The translations under genes and the position numbers were made by a program. 64,000 bases of DNA from an uncultured Acidobacteriota bacterium (GTDB lineage Bacteria > Acidobacteriota > JAQAZP01). The stretch lies in assembly GCA_963836075.1 (NCBI GenBank), contig CAWIIB010000009.1, forward strand, positions 128,001 through 192,000, read 5' to 3'. Below the pieces are notes generated by a model. The model was given only the letters and a program-made list of their open reading frames with translations, did not search any database and was not told the DNA's origin. Shown here in pieces: positions 50,244-61,800 of the stretch (its first letter is position 1; the number at the start of each line of letters is the position of its first letter).

Positions 50244-50375
50244 ATTCCGCCTCTTCCGGCAAGTGGTTCAGGAACCTGGTGGATGAGAGTGCGCTGAGGT
50301 CATAAACGAATGGATATGCCCAGAGTCAGCACCGGGAACCGGCAAAGTCTATCCTCAGCAAAAAATGATGTCAAA

Positions 50376-52253
50376 TCAGGGTTCCGGCGGCCCGGGAGGT
50401 GAACCGCTCCGCTGGTCGTATTCAGCAAAACTGTTCAGGGCCGTGGTTTTGAAATAGTCCGCCTCTTCCGGACTGGAGGCCATCCGGTCCAGCTTCCCCA
50501 GCACCTCCTCGGCCTCGCCCCGGCGCCCGAGCCAGGCCAGGGCCACCATCTGGCGCAGCAGCAGGGTCACGGTGTCGCCGGTGCGCCGGGCCTGTTCCCG
50601 GTAGTCGCGCAGTGCCCGCTCCTCGTCTCCCAGACGTGACCAGGCGTTGCCCCGCCGCAGGTAGAGTTCGTTGGCCGAGGACTCCGGGTGCTCGATCAAC
50701 GGGGTGATGAAGGCCGGCACCTCGTCCCAGCGCTGCTGGATCTCCAGGTTGGCCACGTGGGCCAGCAGGTCGCGCTGCAGCTCGGGGAAACTGGCCCGCG
50801 AAAGATTCTCCAGCAGCCACCTGGACTTGGATTCGCACAGCTCGCGGAACGCGCGCATCTCCAGCTCGACGATTTTCTGCTGGTCCAGGTCGTCGGTGCG
50901 CATGGTGCAGACCCGGCCCATGGTCTGGTATTGCTCCTCGTATTCCTCGAAATAGCCCCGCTCCCGGGCCCAGTCCCCCACCCTGGTCCCGGGGTAGGGG
51001 ACCACGATGAAGCCCTTGAAGAAATGGGGGTTGATGCACTTGATGGTGTGCACCGTCCTGAGGAAACCCTGCTCTGTGTCGCCGGGCAGGCCCACCAGGA
51101 AAAAGAGAAAGACGTTGATCTTCAGGTCCCGGCACTGCGCGACGATCTCGGCGATGCGGGCCGGCTCGGTGAACGGCCGTCCGTTCTTCCGGCTCACCTC
51201 CTCCGAAGCGGTCTCCAGGCCGAGGTTGATCTCCATGCAGCCGCTGCGGGCCATCTCCCGGAGCAGCTCCTGGTCCAGGTGGTCCGGCCGTGTTTCGGCG
51301 ATCCAGTTCAGGGGACGGCCGTGCTTTTTCACCAGCTCGCGGATGGCGGCCAGCAGCTCGCGCACCCTCTCCCGGTCGGCGGTGAACAGCGGGTCCCGGA
51401 AGACCACCTGGGACGCCCCGAACCTGGTCATCAGGTTGTCCAGCTCGCCGGCCACGTTCCCCACGCTGCGAAAGCGCAGCTTCTTCCCGTGACCCAGCGG
51501 GTAGGCGCAGTAGTGGCAGCGGTAGTAGCAGCCGCGGCTGGAGAGCACCGAAAAGATCGGCTCCTCCCGGCCGGTGGTGGTCTGCATTGTGTAGCCGTCG
51601 AGATCGATGAGGCTCCAGTCGGGATAGGGGAGCAGGTCGAGATTGCCGAGGAAGAAGGGCACCGCCCCGGTCTCCGGCCCGGTCCGGCCATCGCGAGGAG
51701 CCGGCACCACACCCGGCAGGGTTTCCGGGTCCCGGCCGCAGACCAGGTCGATCAACGGGACCTCGGCTTCCCCCACGATCAGCCCGCAGAGCGGGACGGC
51801 CCGCTCGCGGTCCCGGTCGCTGACGGTGGCCAGGTACGGGCCGAAGAGGTAGACCGTGGCGCGGGGCGCGGCCTGCCGGATCCGTTTCACGAAATCGAGG
51901 TCGTTGAGGAAATTGGGATAGCTGGTGCGGATGGCCACCAGGTCGAACTGCCCGGGGTTCACCTGCTCCAGGTCCACCGGCCGGCCGCAGGAATCGAGCA
52001 CCTCGACCCTGGCCTCCAGCGTCTTGAGGCAGGTGGCGCTGTACAGGAAATCCATCGGCGGGTAGTTCGGCTGCTCCTGCCTGGGAAAGGCCATCCCGTA
52101 ACCGCCGTTGCAGTCCCGGTTGCAGCTGGTCTCGGGGGGGTCGGGCGGGTTGACCAGCAGGATGGAGTGCCGCGGCGAACGGCCCCGGAACAGATCCTCC
52201 GGGAGGGTGTCCGGCCCGCTGTCCTCCGCTGTCCTGCCGTGGTTCCGGTTCAT
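50376..52253 (-). CDS. B12-binding radical SAM protein with C-terminal TPR-like repeats
   Basis: YPPMDFLY (B12 domain), SRGCYYRCHYC, GLETAS, FFLVGLPGDT, PYPGT; TPR-like LYLRRGNAWSRLGD. Confidence 0.9.
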   Translation of the reverse strand: MNRNHGRTAEDSGPDTLPEDLFRGRSPRHSILLVNPPDPPETSCNRDCNGGYGMAFPRQEQPNYPPMDFLYSATCLKTLEARVEVLDSCGRPVDLEQVNPGQFDLVAIRTSYPNFLNDLDFVKRIRQAAPRATVYLFGPYLATVSDRDRERAVPLCGLIVGEAEVPLIDLVCGRDPETLPGVVPAPRDGRTGPETGAVPFFLGNLDLLPYPDWSLIDLDGYTMQTTTGREEPIFSVLSSRGCYYRCHYCAYPLGHGKKLRFRSVGNVAGELDNLMTRFGASQVVFRDPLFTADRERVRELLAAIRELVKKHGRPLNWIAETRPDHLDQELLREMARSGCMEINLGLETASEEVSRKNGRPFTEPARIAEIVAQCRDLKINVFLFFLVGLPGDTEQGFLRTVHTIKCINPHFFKGFIVVPYPGTRVGDWARERGYFEEYEEQYQTMGRVCTMRTDDLDQQKIVELEMRAFRELCESKSRWLLENLSRASFPELQRDLLAHVANLEIQQRWDEVPAFITPLIEHPESSANELYLRRGNAWSRLGDEERALRDYREQARRTGDTVTLLLRQMVALAWLGRRGEAEEVLGKLDRMASSPEEADYFKTTALNSFAEYDQRSGSPPGPPEP

Positions 52254-52491
52254 CACACATTCCTTTCCCGCTTCTCCGCTGCCTTCACCCGGACATGGCC
52301 CGTCCGGAGCCATAATCTACCATAGAAAATCGTGCACGATACAGGTAACACCACCCTCGCCCACCCGGATGCTCGATTCACCGCAGCGGCCGGATTATAA
52401 TGGCCGGGTGAACCGACGGCCGTGGTACAGCACAACTCCGGGGACCATACCGGTCTCCCGGACTTTCCCAGGCCGATCAGGACCGGGCGCC

Positions 52492-53454
52492 ATGAAAAAC
52501 GAAACAGACGGGACGGATACCGGGATTCAGGCCACCGCCCGGGACCTGCTGGGGGCCGCCAGGTCGGCCCTGGAAAGCGGAGACCAGCACGGGGCCTTCC
52601 AGTTGCTGAATCGGGCCAAGGCCCTCAAGGCACCGCTGGAGGGAGTGGACCAGTTGCGGGGCAGGATCCTCTTCCGGGCCAAACAGCCGCTGGCCGCCCG
52701 GGAGGTTCTCCTGGAGGAGCTCCGCTACTTCCCCGGCAACAGCGAGGCCAAAGCTCTCCTGGCCCGCATCGAGGCCGCCCTGCCGGCCCTTCTCGAGCCC
52801 ACCTTATCCGGCGAGGAGTTCCGTGAGCTGTACCGGGCGATCCGGCCCTACACCATGCTCGGAGAAAAACGGCTCCACAACCTCTACACCATGGCCAGAA
52901 AGATCTGCGAGAGGGACCTCCCGGGCAATTTCGTCGAGTGCGGCGTGGCCGCCGGCGGGGCCTCGGCCCTGCTGGCCGCCGTGATCGCCAGGCACTCCAC
53001 CTCGGAACGACGCCTCTTCGCCTGTGATTCCTTCGAAGGGATGCCGGTTCCTTCGGAGCTGGACAAAAACCGGGGGGTCGATGCCGAGGAGAGCGGCTGG
53101 GGCACCGGGACCTGCGCCGCCCCGGTGGAGAGCCTGCGGGAGATCTGCGCCACCCTGGGTGTGACCCACCTCGTTGAACCGGTTGAAGGATACTTCGAAA
53201 CAACGCTTCCCGCACACGCGGAACGGATCGGCGCCATCGCGCTGCTGCACCTCGACAGTGACTGGTACGAGTCGACCCGGACCGTCCTCGACAGCCTCTA
53301 TGACCGCATCGCCGGCCAGGGGTTCGTCCAGCTGGACGACTACCATTTCTGGGAAGGTGTGGGCCAGGCGTTCCACGAGTTCGAACAGCGGCGGGGCCTG
53401 TCCCACCAGATCAAAGAGATCGACGGCACCGGTGTCTGGTTCGAGAAACCCTGA
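52492..53454 (+). CDS. TylF/MycF/NovP-family O-methyltransferase with an N-terminal TPR-like region
   Basis: PGNFVECGVAAGG, CDSFEG, GYFETTLP, LHLDSDWYEST, LDDY. Confidence 0.9.
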   Translation: MKNETDGTDTGIQATARDLLGAARSALESGDQHGAFQLLNRAKALKAPLEGVDQLRGRILFRAKQPLAAREVLLEELRYFPGNSEAKALLARIEAALPALLEPTLSGEEFRELYRAIRPYTMLGEKRLHNLYTMARKICERDLPGNFVECGVAAGGASALLAAVIARHSTSERRLFACDSFEGMPVPSELDKNRGVDAEESGWGTGTCAAPVESLREICATLGVTHLVEPVEGYFETTLPAHAERIGAIALLHLDSDWYESTRTVLDSLYDRIAGQGFVQLDDYHFWEGVGQAFHEFEQRRGLSHQIKEIDGTGVWFEKP

Positions 53455-53725
53455 GCCACGGCACACAACAGCTCGGTACGGTATACAACCAGCCGTCTTC
53501 ACACCCCAACGCCATTCGTAAGTGAAAAACCCGCCCTCCTATCCCCAGGAAAAGACATGCGATACGGTACATAGAGAATAGTTTTCATACTACTGCGAAT
53601 TGATTACATACGGAAACAATGTGCGCTCCCTCAACCGCACATTGTTTTCCATCAAAAGCCTTTATATATCCAAGCTTTACAAGAATAACATTGTGCGATC
53701 CCCACCCGGGCTCCCCAACGACCCA

Positions 53726-53741
53726 TGGAACAGAAATTGCA
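53726..53741 (+). promoter_or_regulatory. Sigma54 (-24/-12) promoter candidate
   Basis: TGGAACAGAAATTGCA matches GG-N10-GC, within an ~800-bp AT-rich intergenic region. Confidence 0.55.
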
Positions 53742-54274
53742 CGGCATTCGGACAGCATTTATTTTGCAGCCAGCAATACTCGAACTTGGTTGCAAATCAG
53801 GACTCTCAATGTTTCAGTCATGAGCAAGGACCACAGGCCCAGGTGGGTGTTGTCCCGTAAGGGTGGTCCTTCTGGTGATATCTGTGTAAATTATTTAATT
53901 ATAACAGCTTAGTTAAGCTCAAGAATGAACCAAACGATTCGGATCCCCTCAAAAATCAATTCTCCCCGGGTGTCGGCAAGAGGAATGTCGATCTTTATCC
54001 AGCTGCGTTCCCGGATGATTCCTGACATTACCCTAAATTACCTTCACTATCGATATAGCCATGATAGGAAAAATCGCTCTGAACAACTGTTTTGCCTGCG
54101 ATTTATTGACATACCTCACCTGCGTTCGTCGCGGGTGCGGGAAAGGAGGTGAGAGACGGACCAACCCAGTAACGAAATTGGCCATGGACGGCCAAGGCGC
54201 TGGTGAACACCGAAAAGCATCAGCATCGTTCGTCCCGCTTTTTTTACACTGATTGATGAAGGGAGATCCGACTC

Positions 54275-57200
54275 ATGAAATCGAGAATCGCATTGTTGCT
54301 CTTCTTGACCGCAACCCTTTGTGCGGGTGCCGCCTGGGCCGATGCACCGGTTGGCGTATCGCCGTATGACGGAGACGATATTACACCTCGGTGAGCGCAA
54401 AAGCTCGGGCCTGGCGGAGCCACACTCGAGCCTCGGTCCCGGCCTGCAGGCAGCCGCCGATTATGTCGTGGCGAGTCAGTGCGCCGTCGGTGGCTGGTGC
54501 TGGCCCAACGGTATGGCCTGTTGTCCCAATCCACCGGTGAACACGGCTCCGCCCATCGCCCTGGGCCTGCTCAATGCGTATGCTCATACCAGCGACCCGG
54601 ACCACCTGGCTGCTGCTGAACTGGCTGCCGACTGGGTCATGGCCTATCAGTACACCAATGGTGAAGCCCGGTTCGGTTCCTTCACGGCCATGCACCTCTA
54701 CAGACTGTCCGGGGTCACCGGTGATTCAACATACAGCGATTGGGCTGCCACCGAGTTTTATGACGAGTTGACCGCTGCCACTTACGGCCCGGACGATCTC
54801 GACACCTACGGCTGGATCGCTGCTGTCCAAGCCTACGTGCCGGGATCTGGATCAACCTGCTCCCCTGGGAATTCATGCACCACCCCTACGTGGCCAGCTT
54901 CATCGGAAACTCCAGCAGCGCTCCGAGCTGATACTGTTTCCCAGCAGGACGCATTCGTCGGTGCCATTCTCGCCGGGCTCAACACTTTGGACAGCACCAC
55001 CAGCACCTACGTGGACTATCTCGGCGTGGCCGGCGGTGTGTACGGTCTGGCACTTAACGGAACCACAACATTCCCGGCGATCGTCTCCCCGAACTCGGCC
55101 CTGGTCAACGGAATCGACAGCCTCTGCGACCTGGCCGACGTTCTGGCCATGCCGAACAAAACGCCAACGGTTCCTGGTACTGGCACTCCAACATTCCCGG
55201 GGCTCGGGGTCCCACCGACGAAGACACCCAGATGACCGCCTATGCTGTGATGGCCCTTGTGGCGGCTGAAAACGCCGGTTGCGGCCCCTACACTGACGAA
55301 GTTCTCAAGGCCCGTGACTGGCTCCGCTCGATGCAGAATGCCGATGGAAGCTTCCAGACATACCCCGGCGGCGGCGCAAACACCGAGGTGGACGGCGAGG
55401 CGGCCGATGCCCTGATCCCCGACCCCCCCTGCACCGACAACAAGCTGATCTTCGAAGTGCCTGCGGATTCCCTTTGCGTCACCCCGGGCGAAAAGGTCAC
55501 CGTGGAGCTCTGGCAGCGCAACCTGACCCAGGCGGTGCAAGGCTTCCAGGCCTGGGCGCAGTTCGACAGCACCCAGATGACCTTTGTCAGCGGCACCTAC
55601 ACCGCCACCCCCTACGGTCTGCCGGTGATCACTCCCATCACCGCAGTGGGTGACGACATCGACATGGCCGCCGGGATCTTTTTTGGCGGCCGGCCACCAC
55701 GGCCGATGCCCTGCTGGTCACCCTGACCTTCACCGCCGGCACGACGGACGGCCCCACGGTGGTCAGCTTCCGTGACCGCCAGCCGCCGAGCCGCTTCACC
55801 GATGAGACCGGTGGCGAGTTGCTCCCCTGTCTCGTCCCCTCGCCCACCATCCAGATGGACGGCACGGCCCGGTGATCGCCTGCCCGGCCGACGTAACCAT
55901 CGAGTGCGATGATTCCACTGACCCGTTGGACACCGGTGGCTACGCCACAGCAACGGACAACAGCGACCGCCCCGGTGATGACCTACGACGACGACACCAC
56001 TGGCCTTTCCGGCTGCAACGGCACCGGCACGCTCACTCCGCACCTGGACCGCCACAGACTGCGCCGGCAATACGGACACCTGTGTCCAGACGATCACCGT
56101 GGAGGACACCACCCCGCCGGTTATCACACCAATGCCTGATATCACCGTTTACGCTGATCCCGGCGGCTGTGACGCAGTGGTCACCTGGGCCGACCCGGTG
56201 GTCACCGACAACTGCGGCGCGATGCCCTCCTCCTTCTTCGACGGGTTTGAAGACAATCCCTACGTGACCGGTGACCCCAACTGGAACGACTACAACAGCA
56301 CCGTGACCCGGGTGACCTCCGGCACCGGCGGAATCACCTCGAAGAGCGGGGCGGCCCACGGCCTGCTCGACTCGACCTGCGCCGCCCACCATACCGGCGC
56401 CTTCACCAGGCTTGGTGGCTACAGCAGTGAATTCGGCGGACGGATACATCGTCTTCGCTGGACGTCTACATCGATCTCAGCGATCCGGCGGTGACCGCCG
56501 ACACCTACGGTTGGGACCTCACCAGCTGCCGCCAGGACCAATCCGGCGCACACCGGCGGGACTTCATCTTCCACACCGCCTCCGACGCCTCGGGGAACAT
56601 CCTCGTCGGCGGAAGCAACAACACCAGCTTCACCCGGCGGAACGATCTCGCCACTATCAACCACCATGTCATCTACCACCAGCGGCTGGTATACCTTCGA
56701 GTGGGACTTCCACGACGAGGGCGACGACACACTGGCAGTGGACCTGAATCTCTACGACGGCACGGGCACCTGGCTCTGGACGGAAACCCGGAACGCTGCG
56801 ACTGACCTCATCTCCACCGTAGTGGGCGGCAACCGCTACATGTGGTTCACCTTCCTCGAAGTGGACACCCTGGCCATCGACAACACCACGATGAACAGAC
56901 CAATGGTGCATTCACCGTCGTACGTCGATCCCGCCAAGCGGCTCGATACCTTCCCCACTGGCACCACCACGGTGACCATCACCGCCACTGACGACTGCGG
57001 CAATGTGGCCGAGAGTTTCTTTGATGTGACGGTCGAGGCTGAAACCGAGATGGTGGTCGACCTGTCCCTCCTCGGCGCGGTCAACGATCCCACCACCCGC
57101 TGCATCACCTTCGAACTGTGGGACTGCGGCGTGGGCGGACCGCCCACCATCGTCGAGGAAGAGATCGACTTCATCACCGCGGCTCGGCCACCGGGGTCAC

Positions 57201-57730
57201 CGTGCTGGTGCCCTGCGGCGACTACACCTGTGTCACCGCCCGGGACAAGCTGCACACCCTGCGCCGGACGCTCGACGGCGTTGACCGTCGTCGGCACGCA
57301 GTACGTGGCCAGCTTCATCAACCCGCTGATCGGCGGCAACCTCAACGACGACGAGTGGATCGACATCCTCGACTTCGGCGTCTTCAACTGGCAGTGGCGG
57401 CGTCGGTGGCGAGGAGACACCAACTGCTTCACCGCCTACCCGCACGCCGACATCGACGGCGACGGGACAGTGGACAGCGATGACTTCACGTTCATCCAGA
57501 TCAACTTCCTCGACACCCACGATCCCAACTGCTGCGGCGCCCCGGCTCCGCTGGGGGCTCCGGACCGGTGCCTCCATCTCGGTCCAGGACCTGATCGCCC
57601 GCGGTATGGGTGAACTGGCCGCCGGCGACCTGAACAACGACGGCTGGCTCGACCAGGCCGATGTCGTCGCCTTCATCAGGGCGCACGGCCGGACCAGATC
57701 GGTGTCGGCGGAGTGAAGAAGCCGATCTGA
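54275..57730 (+). CDS. Large secreted modular protein (prenyltransferase-like alpha/alpha repeats, cohesin-like, HYR-like repeats, dockerin/EF-hand-like C-terminus), broken by many frameshifts
   Basis: Signal [22 protein letters not shown]; QxxxGxW/F repeats (QCAVGGW, QNANGSW, QNADGSF); cohesin-like [17 protein letters not shown]; DTTPPVI and ATDNC repeats; [39 protein letters not shown]. Probable true end [16 protein letters not shown] at 57730. Confidence 0.7.
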
Positions 57731-57758
57731 TGCAAAACAAGAGATAAGGAGGACCACG

Positions 57759-57791
57759 GACGGGCGGCCGGCGACATGCCGGCCGCCCGTC
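57759..57791. terminator. 14-bp GC-rich hairpin without a U tract (terminator or mRNA-stabilising element)
   Basis: GACGGGCGGCCGGC-GACAT-GCCGGCCGCCCGTC. Confidence 0.6.
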
Positions 57792-57837
57792 ATCACTTCG
57801 ACATAAATTCCATCTTCCGTTTGTGAAGGGAAATGAT

Positions 57838-58770
57838 ATGAGAATGAAACGAATATGGAGGACCACTCCGGCCCTTGTGATGGCCGGACTGCTCCTGCTC
57901 GCCTCCACCCCGGCCCAGGCCTTGATCGACCTGGAGTGGCGACCTGCCTGCCAGTCGGTGGAGCCGGGCCAGATGGTGGAGATCGGACTCTACGTGGTCT
58001 CGGATGACGAAACAGACCAGTCGATCTCGGCCATGGACATCATCCTGCTCTGGGATCCCGATGTCATCGAACTGGTGGGGGTGGTGGACAACGGCCCCTA
58101 CGCCTGGCTCTTCTCCGGCTTCACCGATGACTCGGTCTTTGACGGGCTGAACGAAACCTTTCTCGACGGCAACGCCCTGTACACGGCCTGGGCCCAGTTC
58201 GGCGTCCCGGCCTACGCCACGCCCGAGGGGCTGCTGGTCACCACCGTCCAGTTCGTCGGGTCCATGGACCCCGGGTTCTGCTGGATCACCGAGCCGCGCC
58301 AGGCCGGGATGTATAGCGAAACAAGGATCATCGACGGCGAAGTTCCCGCCCTCCACGTGGAAGGGGTTTTGGGAAAGGCCACGGCCGGCGTGGGCGTCTT
58401 CGACCTGATCTACGGCTACATGAACTGTACGCCCGACTCCGGCACCCTGCCCTTTGTCACCAATTTCATGGTGGTCCTCGGGTCGAACTACGAGAACCAG
58501 ACCCGCCGGGTGAGCGGCCGCATCGACGTCACCTTGGCCAGCGGCAATTATTATCGCTCGTGGCGCGCGGGGTACACCAACCTCTCGCCCAAGGAGTGCT
58601 ACGCCGAGACCTGGAACCAGAATTTGCCGGCCCTCGCCACCGTGGTAGGCGACAATTTATTCGTCCTTCACTCCCAGGACGTGACGCCGTGGCCCTACAA
58701 CCAACCGCCCTGGGCACCATCGGGGATGACCGATACCGACACGTGCGTGATCACCGGAGTGGCCCCCTGA
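57838..58770 (+). CDS. Secreted cohesin-like domain protein with a distinct C-terminal Ig-like domain
   Basis: Signal ...STPAQA; V.PGQMVEIGLYV...ISAMDIILLWDPDVIEL...GLLVTTVQF; C-domain CTPDSGTLPF...YNQPPWAPSGMTDTDTCVITGVAP. Confidence 0.75.
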   Translation: MRMKRIWRTTPALVMAGLLLLASTPAQALIDLEWRPACQSVEPGQMVEIGLYVVSDDETDQSISAMDIILLWDPDVIELVGVVDNGPYAWLFSGFTDDSVFDGLNETFLDGNALYTAWAQFGVPAYATPEGLLVTTVQFVGSMDPGFCWITEPRQAGMYSETRIIDGEVPALHVEGVLGKATAGVGVFDLIYGYMNCTPDSGTLPFVTNFMVVLGSNYENQTRRVSGRIDVTLASGNYYRSWRAGYTNLSPKECYAETWNQNLPALATVVGDNLFVLHSQDVTPWPYNQPPWAPSGMTDTDTCVITGVAP

Positions 58771-58831
58771 GCGCCGGGCAACAGCCCGGCCGCCCGGAGG
58801 CCCGAATAAGGAGGATCAAGGAGGGAAGGGC

Positions 58832-61800
58832 ATGAAACGATTGATGCTCATCGCCGCCGTGCTCGTGCTGGTTTTGAGCCCGATCGACGCAGCGGCAGAC
58901 TTCACAACCTGTTATCCGTTGGCGGCCAGCTACAACACCGGGTCGACGGATGGAAGCAGTAAAACCCGAACCAGTGAGATCGCCGGCTACGATTCCGAGG
59001 ACGGCTGGGCGATGTTCGACACCTCGGCCATCCCGGACACGGACAGCATCGTGTATGTCGAGTTCCACTTTTACGTCAACAGCACCGACTGGCCCTGGTG
59101 GAGTCGTCACACCGCTGACCAGCGACCCGCTCACCGCCTCGGCCGCGGCGACTCTATGCCGACATCAATGCCGAAGCCCTGTCAGCGGCTACTACCACCG
59201 CCAGGAAGAGGACATTACGTTTACCACCGGGTGGAAGACACTGGTACTGGGCGGCACGGCCAACCGACTGACATGGCCGCAGACCTTGGTGACGACTGGT
59301 TCGCTCTGGGCGTGGCCAGCACGGACGACAACACTACCTTCTACATCATCGTCGACGGCTGGGCCGAAACGAACCCGCCCTACCTGGTGGTGGAGCACAT
59401 AGCCGATTCCTGCAGCAACCACCTGATTGACCTGGGGTCCATGGGCTGCGGCGACGTGCTCTCCCACACCGGTGACACCACCGGAGCCACGAACTTCTGT
59501 GGCCAACCTTCAGGCGACAATTTCCTTGAGTTCGAAGTGCTGGAGGACGGACTCTACACCCTTGACATGTGTTTCTACGAAGGGACGCTCTTCGACACCG
59601 TGCTGTGGCTCTATGACGACGAGTGCTGCGGGAACGTGATCGCGGTCAATGATGATTCCGACTACGGCTGCGGCTTGAAGTCCCGGATCGACATCGTCCT
59701 CTCGCCGGGCACCTACTACGCCCAGGTGGAGGGCTATGATGTCGACGAGGGCCTCTACCGGCTGGACATCACCTGCGACCAGCCGGTGGATCTCGGTCCG
59801 GTGCCCTGCTTCGAGGAGATCGTCTACAACCAGGACACCAGCGGGGCCATCAACTACTGCGGTCATCCATCGGGTGACGCGCACTTCAAGTTCACCGTCG
59901 ATTACACCGCCAACTACACGGTCAGCCTCTGCAATCACCTACACGTCCTACAACTCGTTCCTCCGGCTCTTTGACGATTACAGCTGCGGAAACCAGATCG
60001 CGGCCAACAACGACTACCCCGGCTGCGGCCTCAACCCCTTTATCGACGTGACCCTTGACCCCGGGCGACTACTACGCTCTGGTGGAAGGCTACCAGGATA
60101 GTGAAGGGCCGTTCGAGCTGCACATCAGCTGCAACGAGCCGGACGGCGACACCCAGCTGGAGCTGGTGCCGGACATGGAGTGCTACCAGGAGGACGACAC
60201 GGTCTACCTGGCCATCACCCTCTCCAACGGCAACGCCATGATCGTCGGCGGGCAGTTCTTCCTCGGCTACGACAATACGGCCCTCGACTTTACTGGTGTC
60301 ACCGTGGGCGACGCTCCCTTCACCAACGAGGTCTACAACGTGGTGGACGAGGGGGCCGGGACCATCGACTACGCGGTGGGTGTCCCCGAGGGCACCAGCG
60401 GTACCATCAACGACACGGTGATGGCCTACCTGACCTTCACCGCGCTGCGCGACATCTGCGCCGACGCCCGGCCTGGTCTACTTCCGCACCCACTCACCTC
60501 CCACCCGGCTCAGCGACAACTACGGCAACGCGGAATACACCGTGCTGCTGGACATGGACATCGACGACACCACACCGCCGGTGATCAGCTGCCCGGCGCC
60601 GCTGACCCTGGAGTGCGACCAGCCCACCGATCCCCCGGGCACCGGGATGGCCACCGCCACCGACAACTGCGACCCCGCCCCGGTGGTCTCCTGGAGCGAC
60701 AGTTTCGACCTCAGCGGCTGCGGCGGCACAACCGGCACCATCACCCGCACCTGGCAGGCCATGGACCACTGCGGCAACATCTCCACCTGCGACCAGGTCA
60801 TCACCCTGGTGGACACCACCGCCCCGGTGGTCACCGCCGGCGCCATCGACAGCTGTTACGGCTCGCAGATGGCGGCCGAGTCGGCAGCAGTGGCCGCCAC
60901 CACCGCGGCGGACAACTGCACCCCGTCCGGCAGCCTGCTCTACACGCCGGTCACTGCGGGTGACTGCGCAGCGACGATCACCGTCAGCGTGAGCGACCTG
61001 TGCGGCAACTCCGACTCCGTCACCTACAACACCCGCATCGACGGCCTGGCGCCGCTGGTCACCGTCGGGGGCGATATGGACGTCAACGCCGATGCCGGCA
61101 CTTGCGCTGCCGCGGTCACCTGGGCCGCCGCTTCGGCCACCGACAACTGCGACGGCAATCTCTCCGGCGTGGTCGTCTACCACATCGACCTGGGCAACGA
61201 CGGTTCAGTGGACGATGTCCAGGCCGGCCTCACTTACACCTTCCCGGTGGGCACCCACAAGGTCACCGCCACGGCCACCGACAGCTGCCTCAACACCGGC
61301 CAGGACGACTTCCTGGTCACGGTGAACGGCTACAACTCCATGGTCCTCACCCTCTCCCACGACGGTACTCTGGTCAGTCCGCTGACCCGCTGTATCACCT
61401 TCGAGCTGTGGGACTGTGCCGGACCCACCAGCGTGACCTACAAGACCGAGGTCACCTTTACCGGCGGCATCGCATCCGCCACCATCGACGTGCCCTGCGG
61501 TGACTACAGCTGTATCACCGCCCGGGACGAGCTGCACACCCTGCGGCGGACACTGGACGGGCTCTCCGTGGTGGGCACCGAGTATGTGGCGACATTCACC
61601 CTGCCGCTGCTGGGCGGCAACCTCAATGGAGATACCTATGTCGACATCCTCGATTTCGGTGTCTTCAGCTATCAATTCGGGCCGGGAGGCGGCCCCACCA
61701 CCTGCGCCGACACCGGTCCCCATGCCGACATCACCGGTAACGGGGTCGTCGGTTCCGACGACTTCTCCTTCATCCAGATCAACTTCCTCAAGGGCGACGA

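Noticed and set aside
50243-50303. In-frame TGA upstream of the DinB gene as a possible third Sec site
   Set aside because: It is not at a recognisable Cys motif, there is no convincing hairpin, and the DinB domain is complete without it.
53455-54274. AT-rich gap as a CRISPR array, IS element or tRNA site
   Set aside because: No regularly spaced repeats, terminal inverted repeats, transposase or cloverleaf are visible here. I saw no rRNA, tRNA, CRISPR or mobile element elsewhere in the window either.
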